From the NCBI RefSeq assembly GCF_000341395.1, contig NC_020304.1:1470001-1502000 (forward strand): a stretch of 32,000 bases of DNA, given 5' to 3'. Positions 26,009 to 32,000 of the stretch are shown piece after piece. Below the pieces are notes generated by a model. The model was not told the DNA's origin and did not search any database. It saw only the letters and a program-made list of their open reading frames with translations. Numbering within the stretch: position 1 is the stretch's first letter; every line of letters begins with the position of its first letter. The stretch is from Desulfocapsa sulfexigens DSM 10523 (GTDB lineage: Bacteria; Desulfobacterota; Desulfobulbia; Desulfobulbales; Desulfocapsaceae). A program made the position numbers and the translations under genes.

Positions 26009-27286
26009 ATGGATCATATCACAAAATTGAAGTGTCTTATCTGCAGCAGGGAATATGTACCTGAGGATATCAGGTATGTCTGTCCCGAGCATGAGAACGA
26101 GGGGATTGTGGATGTACATTATGATTATGATCTCATCAATAATCGTATCAGCCGCGAGAGTCTTGAGGAGAACCGGGATTATTCCATCTGGCGCTACAAG
26201 CCTCTGCTCCCCGTTTTTGCAGATGCCGAAGTGCCACCTCTTGCGATTGGCTGGACACCTCTCTATGACGCACCGCGTCTTGCCGGGAAACTCGGTTTGC
26301 AGCAGTTGTGGGTGAAGGATGATGGCCGTCTGCCCACGGCAAGTTTTAAGGATCGGGCCAGTGCGGTTGCTGTGGTCAAGGCCAGAGAAAGCGGGGCCGA
26401 AATTATAACGACCGCTAGTACCGGCAACGCTGCCGCAGCTCTCAGTGGCATATGTGCAAGTGTGGGACAGGCCAATGTGATATTCGTGCCGGTATCGGCT
26501 CCGGAGGCAAAAATTGCCCAGCTTCTGGTCTATAACTCCACGGTGATGCTGGTCAAGGGCAGTTATGATGATGCCTTTGAGCTCTGCCTTGAAGCTGCAG
26601 CTGAATATGGCTGGTACAATCGTAATACAGGCTATAATCCCTATATGACCGAGGGTAAAAAGACCGCCGCCTACGAGATATGTGAGCAGCTGAATTGGGA
26701 TGCTCCTGATGTGGTTCTGGTTTCTGTTGGTGATGGCTGCATCATCGGCGGCCTTCATAAGGGGTTCAAGGATCTTATGGCATTGGGCTGGATTGATCGT
26801 ATGCCTCGTCTTATCGGAGTTCAGGCCGAGGGCAGCAACTTTATGTATGAGGCGTGGAAGAACGATGAGGATATTCTGACCAAAGCACCGGTCTCAGGAA
26901 TTACCGTGGCTGACAGTATCAGTGCGGGACTGCCTCGGGATAGAATTAAGGCTCTTGCCGCTGTGACTGAGACGGATGGGGCCTACGTCGTCGTCAGTGA
27001 TGATGAGATTCTGGCTGCAATTTCTCTCCTGGCACGGGGGGTCGGAGTGTTTGCAGAACCGGCAGGTGCCGCCGCATATGCTGGTCTTATACGGGCTGTG
27101 GCGGATGGCCTGGTTACGTCACGGGAGCGCATCGTTGTTCTTAACACCGGTAATGGCCTCAAAGATATCAAGAGCAGTATGACTGCGGTACGAATGGCAG
27201 GATCGATTCCCCATCATATTGAAGCAAGTCTTACCGCGTTAAAACAGTGTATTGAAACGAGCCAAATATCAGCAGGTACGTGCTGA
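26009..27286 (+). CDS. Threonine-synthase-like fold-type-II PLP enzyme with an N-terminal Cys-rich (zinc-ribbon-like) segment; specificity unknown
   Basis: 425 aa. The N-terminus is KCLICSREYVPEDIRYVCPEH. The PLP-lysine motif is PTASFKDRAS. STGNAAAALS and SVGDGCIIGG are also present, giving overall ThrC-family architecture. Confidence 0.8.
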   Translation: MDHITKLKCLICSREYVPEDIRYVCPEHENEGIVDVHYDYDLINNRISRESLEENRDYSIWRYKPLLPVFADAEVPPLAIGWTPLYDAPRLAGKLGLQQLWVKDDGRLPTASFKDRASAVAVVKARESGAEIITTASTGNAAAALSGICASVGQANVIFVPVSAPEAKIAQLLVYNSTVMLVKGSYDDAFELCLEAAAEYGWYNRNTGYNPYMTEGKKTAAYEICEQLNWDAPDVVLVSVGDGCIIGGLHKGFKDLMALGWIDRMPRLIGVQAEGSNFMYEAWKNDEDILTKAPVSGITVADSISAGLPRDRIKALAAVTETDGAYVVVSDDEILAAISLLARGVGVFAEPAGAAAYAGLIRAVADGLVTSRERIVVLNTGNGLKDIKSSMTAVRMAGSIPHHIEASLTALKQCIETSQISAGTC

Positions 27287-27296
27287 AGGAGCAGTT

Positions 27297-28778
27297 GTGA
27301 GAAAATTAATCGATTTGACGATAAAAGATCCGGCTAAGCTTGAGAACGCAGTACAGCGTGCTCGAGAGCAAAATATAATCATCCCTACTTTCGAGCAGAT
27401 GATTAATCCGAGATTGATTCCGGATGCTATCACCAGGCAACTGGAAGGGGTCGGGCTCTGGGATCTCAATCCCCTGAACCTGTTTCGCATCAACTGGCAC
27501 AATGAGGCCAAAGAAAGCGGTGGTAAATTTGCTGGGGTTAACTATCTGGTTCTTCCGAAAGAACTCACCGGGATCGATGCCCGCATCGTGATTCTTCTCG
27601 GAAAGTGGTTTCCCACGGGTGCTCATAAGGTAGGGGCTGCTTACGCCTGTCTGGTGCCGCGTCTGGTTACCGGTCAATTTGATCCAACGACCCAGAAAGC
27701 AGTCTGGCCAAGTACTGGTAACTACTGTCGAGGCGGTGCCTACGACTCGACGCTGCTTGCCTGTGATTCCATCGCTATTCTGCCGGAAGGCATGAGCAAG
27801 GAACGTTTTGACTGGCTTGCCGGAGTGGCGGGAGAAACGATTAAAACACCGGGTTCCGAAAGCAATGTGAAGGAGATCTTTGACAAGTGCTGGGAACTGC
27901 GGAACTCGGGCCAGGAACTGTCCATTTTTAATCAGTTTGATGAATTTGGAAACTACCTCTGGCACTACGAAGTTACCAGCCGGGCCATGATGGAGGCACT
28001 GGAGGAGACCATGGGCGCGGGTGATCGCTTTCGGGCAACCATCTCCAACACCGGTTCCGGCGGAACCATAGCCTGTGGTGACTATATGAAGGAGCAGTTT
28101 CCACTCTCAAAGATAGTGGCCAGTGAGGCTCTTCAGTGCCCAACCCTCCTTAATAACGGATTTGGTGCCCATCGTATCGAAGGAATAGGCGACAAACATG
28201 TTCCCTGGATTCATAATGCCAAGAATACTGATGTGGTCACTGCTATCGACGACTGCGCCCCCATGGCATTGATCCGACTCTTTAACGAGCCTACGGGGCA
28301 GGAGTATCTGGTCAGCCAGGGTGTCTCAAGAGATCTTGTGGATAATCTCCATCTTCTGGGGATATCGAGTGTGGCCAATGTTCTCGCCGCTATCAAGACC
28401 GCCAAGTACTATGAGATGGATGGTAAGGATGTGATGATAACCATGGCAACGGATTCCATGGAGATGTACCAGAGCCGCCTGGCAGAGCTCACCGAAGAAG
28501 CGGGTGAGTTTACCGCTATGGATGCTGCCGCTGCTTATCATCGTTATATGCTTGGAGAGACCACCGACAACATGCAGGAGTTGAGTTATGTTGATCGTAA
28601 GCGGATTCACAACCTTAAGTATTTTACCTGGGTGGAGCAGCAGGGGAAGACTTACGAAGAGATTCAGGCCCAGTGGTATGATCCGGAGTACTGGAGCAGT
28701 ATTCATCATTCCATGGATGAGATTGATGATTTGATCGATGCCTTTAACGAACGTACCGGGCTGTTGCAGAAATTATGA
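27297..28778 (+). CDS. Cysteine-synthase/TrpB-like fold-type-II PLP enzyme with an N-terminal extension of about 110 aa; specificity unknown
   Basis: I trimmed the track ORF (TTG 27252) to GTG 27297, preceded by GAAGGAG (27286-27292). This gives 493 aa. The candidate PLP-lysine motif FPTGAHKVGAAY resembles TrpB HTGAHK. STGNYCRGGA, NQFDEFGNYLWHYEVT (compare CysK NQFxNxxNxxxHY) and NTGSGGT are also present. Confidence 0.75.
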   Translation: MRKLIDLTIKDPAKLENAVQRAREQNIIIPTFEQMINPRLIPDAITRQLEGVGLWDLNPLNLFRINWHNEAKESGGKFAGVNYLVLPKELTGIDARIVILLGKWFPTGAHKVGAAYACLVPRLVTGQFDPTTQKAVWPSTGNYCRGGAYDSTLLACDSIAILPEGMSKERFDWLAGVAGETIKTPGSESNVKEIFDKCWELRNSGQELSIFNQFDEFGNYLWHYEVTSRAMMEALEETMGAGDRFRATISNTGSGGTIACGDYMKEQFPLSKIVASEALQCPTLLNNGFGAHRIEGIGDKHVPWIHNAKNTDVVTAIDDCAPMALIRLFNEPTGQEYLVSQGVSRDLVDNLHLLGISSVANVLAAIKTAKYYEMDGKDVMITMATDSMEMYQSRLAELTEEAGEFTAMDAAAAYHRYMLGETTDNMQELSYVDRKRIHNLKYFTWVEQQGKTYEEIQAQWYDPEYWSSIHHSMDEIDDLIDAFNERTGLLQKL

Positions 28779-28854
28779 AAACCTGGCCATCCTGTTAGTG
28801 TTCAACACGGCTGGCTGCGGTAGAATGTTTACTTAAACCACGGATCCTCCCTGC

Positions 28855-29859
28855 ATGATAGAAAAAGAAATTCTTATCCAACTGCGTCGTGGTCAAACCA
28901 TTGCCCTGATAACAATCATCGATAAGAGCGGTTCTGCTCCACGTCTTCCAGGATCCAAGATGTTTGTGGGAAGTGACGGGGCCATCACCGGCACCATTGG
29001 CGGGGGCAGGATGGAACACATTGCCTGTGCGACTGCCGTAAAAATAGCAGCTGGAGACGCCACGCCTGAGCTTACTGAAATTGATATGCGTGGCGGTGGA
29101 GCCGATGGCGATAGCGATATGATTTGCGGAGGGATACAACTCCTCCTTATCGAACGTATTACTCCTGATATGGTATCACTGTTTGAGCAGGCTCTGGCCT
29201 GTTTCGCGGATGGAGCCAGAGGGGGCTGGTTGATAGATATTAGTGTTCCAAAACAGCCGCTTCGTTCCTTTCTTGATATGCGCAACGACTGTTCATTGCC
29301 GGGCCTGGATTGCAGGGCAATCATACGGGGCAGGTATACCCGGCTGATACAAGCCAACGGGAAATCTCTGGTATTTGATCCCCTGCCCAAGTTTGGAACC
29401 GTAGTTCTGTTTGGTGGTGGTCATGTCTCCAAGGAAGTTGCCTGGCTGGCATCTGCTGTGGATTTTGATGTGGTGGTTTGTGACGATCGTCCTGAGTTTT
29501 CAAATACTGATAGATTCCCCATGGCAAGTGCAACCCATGTCCTTGAAGGCTTCAAAAACCTCTTCGAAAGAATTGAACAGGGAGAAGACCACTATCTGCT
29601 TATTATCACCCGCGGTCATAGCTATGATCAGGAAGTTCTGGCCCAAGTGCTGCGAACTCCGGCCCGCTATATAGGAATGATAGGGAGCAGGAGAAAACGA
29701 GATATCTGCTATGGGAATTTGCGTGATCAGGGGTTTAATGATGCCGATTTTGCGAGAGTTCATTGCCCCATTGGCCTTCCAATTGGATCTGAGACTCCAA
29801 GGGAAATCGCAGTCAGTATTACAGCAGAGTTGATTGCAGCACGTGCCGGGGCTCTATAA
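28855..29859 (+). CDS. XdhC/CoxI-family molybdenum-cofactor insertion/maturation chaperone
   Basis: 334 aa. The N-terminal XdhC_CoxI block is ALITIIDKSGSAPRLPGSKMFVGSDGAITGTIGGGRMEH. The C-terminal Rossmann block is VVLFGGGHVSKEVAWLA...ITRGHSYD...IGMIGSRRK. There is no obvious SD. Confidence 0.88.
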   Translation: MIEKEILIQLRRGQTIALITIIDKSGSAPRLPGSKMFVGSDGAITGTIGGGRMEHIACATAVKIAAGDATPELTEIDMRGGGADGDSDMICGGIQLLLIERITPDMVSLFEQALACFADGARGGWLIDISVPKQPLRSFLDMRNDCSLPGLDCRAIIRGRYTRLIQANGKSLVFDPLPKFGTVVLFGGGHVSKEVAWLASAVDFDVVVCDDRPEFSNTDRFPMASATHVLEGFKNLFERIEQGEDHYLLIITRGHSYDQEVLAQVLRTPARYIGMIGSRRKRDICYGNLRDQGFNDADFARVHCPIGLPIGSETPREIAVSITAELIAARAGAL

Positions 29860-29862
29860 GTC

Positions 29863-30654
29863 ATGCCACAAACGACAGAAACGCTGATAAGGGAAAGCGA
29901 CCGGCTTATTTCCATTGTGGGAGGTGGTGGAAAGACCTCTTTGATGTTTTGTCTGGCTCATGCCATGCAACAAAAAGGAATCAGAGTGGTTTCTACCACT
30001 ACCACCCGTATTCTGGTGCCAGAACCCGAGCAGAGCCTGGATGTGGTTTTGCTGGCGGAACCGGGATTTGAAAAAAAACTCAAGTGTTCTCTGGATCAAC
30101 ATGGCCACGTAACAGTGGCTCAGCATCTATCGCCAGATGGTAAAAAGCTTCAGGGGTTGAGCTGTAACCAGGTTAAAACCGTACTTGAATATCCCTTTGT
30201 AGAGCGAATGATTGTTGAGGCTGATGGGGCAAGGCAATTATCGTTTAAGGCTCCGGGTGATAATGAGCCTGTGGTGCCCCAAATTACAGATGTATTTATC
30301 AGCGTGGTTGGCCTGGATATCATTGGCAAGTTCTTAGAGGATGTAAACGTCTTTCGTGCCGGGTTGGTATCGTCTCTGACAGGCGTGGAAATGGGTACTG
30401 AGATCACTCCTTTGATTGTGGCAAAACTGCTCGTCCATTCTAAGGGGTTGTTAAGGGGATGCCCGGAGAGTGCACGGAGTGTCCTGTTGCTCAATAAAGC
30501 GGACATTTCAGGTGGCAGGCAAAAGGCACTTTCAGTGATGGAAGCAGTTGGAAAACTAGAGGGGAAGAAACCGGATTACTGGGTGAGTGGTTCGACGAGA
30601 GAGGGTGTATTTAGGGGTAAAGGTGAATCTATTTGCAATCTATGGGAGAGATAA
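29863..30654 (+). CDS. yqeC: YqeC-family protein (putative selenium-dependent hydroxylase accessory/cofactor biosynthesis protein)
   Basis: 263 aa with a P-loop-like ISIVGGGGKTSLMF, VEADGAR and LLNKAD. The size and motifs match YqeC. The start lies 3 nt after the upstream stop. Confidence 0.85.
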   Translation: MPQTTETLIRESDRLISIVGGGGKTSLMFCLAHAMQQKGIRVVSTTTTRILVPEPEQSLDVVLLAEPGFEKKLKCSLDQHGHVTVAQHLSPDGKKLQGLSCNQVKTVLEYPFVERMIVEADGARQLSFKAPGDNEPVVPQITDVFISVVGLDIIGKFLEDVNVFRAGLVSSLTGVEMGTEITPLIVAKLLVHSKGLLRGCPESARSVLLLNKADISGGRQKALSVMEAVGKLEGKKPDYWVSGSTREGVFRGKGESICNLWER

Positions 30655-30655
30655 A

Positions 30656-31219
30656 ATGATTCAACAACTAGCGAAAAATCAGAATTGGGCAAAAATAACC
30701 CCTGTTTTTGGAGTACTTTCTACGATTTGGTTATTGTGGTTTTTTAAACCAACCGATGTGCTGTTCTGGGCATATGTTAACATCCCTCTTTACTTTTTTC
30801 ATCAGACGGAGGAACATTTCTGGCCTGGCGGGTTCAAGAATTATATTAATCGTGTCATTAACAAGCTGCCAGAAGGTCAAGAAACACTTACCGACATCAA
30901 GATTTTCTGGGTAAATATCTTATTAGTATGGTTCGCCTTCAGTTTTTTTGGAGTTCTCTCACTTGTAAATATAGGATTTGGTCTGTTGATTATTGTTTTT
31001 AGTATTCTAAATTGCCTGACGCACATTTTTCAGGGTATAAGTCACAAACAATGGAATCCTGGGCTGGTAATGGCCAGCCTCCAATTTTTAATTTCAATCT
31101 ATGCCGCTTACTTTGTAACAGTAAACGGATTATCTGATCCTGTCATTTGGTGGATCGCCACTGTAGTTTTTTCAGTGTTCGTCCATGGTATGTTATTCAG
31201 GTTTGTGTTGAAAAAATGA
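30656..31219 (+). CDS. HXXEE-domain integral membrane protein, function unknown
   Basis: I trimmed the track ORF (30587) to ATG 30656 (MIQQLAKNQNW), preceded by GGGAGAG. This gives 187 aa. The motif is FFHQTEEHFWP (H-x-x-E-E), and there are about five hydrophobic spans. The start lies 1 nt after the yqeC stop. Confidence 0.7.
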   Translation: MIQQLAKNQNWAKITPVFGVLSTIWLLWFFKPTDVLFWAYVNIPLYFFHQTEEHFWPGGFKNYINRVINKLPEGQETLTDIKIFWVNILLVWFAFSFFGVLSLVNIGFGLLIIVFSILNCLTHIFQGISHKQWNPGLVMASLQFLISIYAAYFVTVNGLSDPVIWWIATVVFSVFVHGMLFRFVLKK

Positions 31220-31352
31220 CCGTGAATATCCGGGTGAACAATGCGCGGATAACCAGTACAACCGAGGACATCTATGATAAGTAAAGTCAAGTGGAAAACG
31301 GAGATTTCCTGTGTCCCAGCCTACCTGGTCTGGTTATTTCCAGCACAGAGTT

Positions 31353-31416
31353 CGGTGGAATAGGCCCTGCGACGGAGAACCCGTGAATATTCGTAGTCAC
31401 AGGGCCTATTCCACCG
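31353..31416. repeat. Perfect 17-bp inverted repeat with a 30-nt loop
   Basis: CGGTGGAATAGGCCCTG (31353-31369) pairs with CAGGGCCTATTCCACCG (31400-31416). The loop carries CCGTGAATAT, which also occurs at 31220-31229. Confidence 0.75.
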
Positions 31417-31671
31417 GACGGGCATTGTGAAAAAACTGTCTTTTTCGTTACGTTTTGCCGCTTTGTTTTTTTCTACTATCCCTTGGGTCAACAAATGGCT
31501 TGTGACCAGACATCTATTTACAGTATCAGGCTGTTCGCCGTCACAGAAGATTGAGTTTGGATCAAAACCCGCTGACCTTTAAACACAATATCGGTGCATC
31601 ACCCTCAAGCTCGCACAGTCCCCAGAACGAAAGGATCAGCAGGAAAACCAAGCCGCAAAATCACAATTCAT

Positions 31672-32000
31672 TTAAGCTGCTTTGTCCAGTACCTCCTTTG
31701 GAGTAAATTTCTTTTGGCTTTTATCAACCGCCAGCATGTATGCCACCAGTTTCCGTGCAACGGCAAGAGTCGCTCTGTTGCGGTTGCCTTTTTTTAGCTC
31801 TCGTTCATGCACTTCAGCTAATTGAGGGTTCCAGTGCGGCGCCAGTTTGGCAGCCTCAATCAGTACGGTCTGTAAATGTTTATTCCGTTTCTTGGATAGC
31901 GGTCCTCGAATCTCTTTCCCTGCTGATTCTTTCTGTGCGCTACATAGTCCACAGTAACTGACCGCCTGGTTGATACGGCCAAATCGATAAACATCTCCGA
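31672..32000 (-). mobile_element. IS110-family transposase gene, C-terminal part (the N-terminus lies beyond the window end)
   Basis: My minus-strand translation reads ...GDVYRFGRINQAVSYCGLCSAQKESAGKEIRGPLSKKRNKHLQTVLIEAAKLAPHWNPQLAEVHERELKKGNRNRATLAVARKLVAYMLAVDKSQKKFTPKEVLDKAA, with the stop as rc of 31672-31674. The pattern G(L)xP/SxxxSGxxxxxGxISKxGNxxLRxxLxEAA...ATVAVARKL is the Transposase_20 C-terminal domain of IS110-family DEDD transposases. Confidence 0.85.

Noticed and set aside
1-32000. Selenocysteine recoding (in-frame TGA plus SECIS) in this selenium-associated cluster.
   Set aside because: All family-length ORFs are intact without TGA-split adjacent frames. These hydroxylase systems use a labile Se cofactor rather than Sec, so recoding has no support.
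1-32000. CRISPR arrays, tRNA or rRNA genes, prophage genes or defence-system genes.
   Set aside because: I saw no regularly spaced direct repeats, no cloverleaf-like conserved tRNA blocks in the few intergenic gaps, and no nuclease, ATPase or RT gene content. The gene content is metabolic and transport, plus one IS fragment.

Overview
This is an almost fully coding bacterial chromosome segment, nearly all on the + strand. GC looks intermediate by eye. The host is probably an anaerobe, possibly Desulfobacterota; that is a weak guess from gene content and repeat type.

The core is a purine-fermentation supercluster of about 21 kb, of the selenium-dependent molybdenum-hydroxylase type. It is gene-for-gene related to the E. 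coli ygeW-to-guaD region. A divergent ridA-dpaL(ygeX) pair sits on the minus strand. The + strand then carries ygeY, carbamate kinase (yqeA), ygeW, an xdhD-like fused 2Fe-2S/Moco hydroxylase, ssnA, hyuA, ygfK, a short yqeB-family protein, an NCS2 purine permease, xdhABC and guaD.

Next comes a BMP-family (purine/nucleoside-type) ABC importer: ATPase, two permeases, then the binding-protein gene. The binding-protein gene is set apart by an unusual, heavily structured 343-nt spacer and is followed by a clean intrinsic terminator.

A second gene string follows: two fold-type-II PLP enzymes (one ThrC-like, one CysK/TrpB-like with a long N-extension), an XdhC/CoxI-type Moco chaperone, yqeC and an HXXEE membrane protein.

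The window ends with about 450 nt of non-coding DNA containing a 17-bp palindrome, then the 3' part of an IS110-family transposase gene on the minus strand. I saw no rRNA, tRNA or CRISPR array.

The items most worth a second look are:
- the uncharacterised PLP pair next to the Se-cofactor maturation genes;
- a structured RNA at 24598-24777 whose pairing is specific to the + strand;
- two hairpins of about 100 nt at 24481-24585 and 4708-4806;
- the long non-coding tail of the IS110 element.

All folds and protein family calls were made by eye and from memory of family motifs. No search or computation was run.
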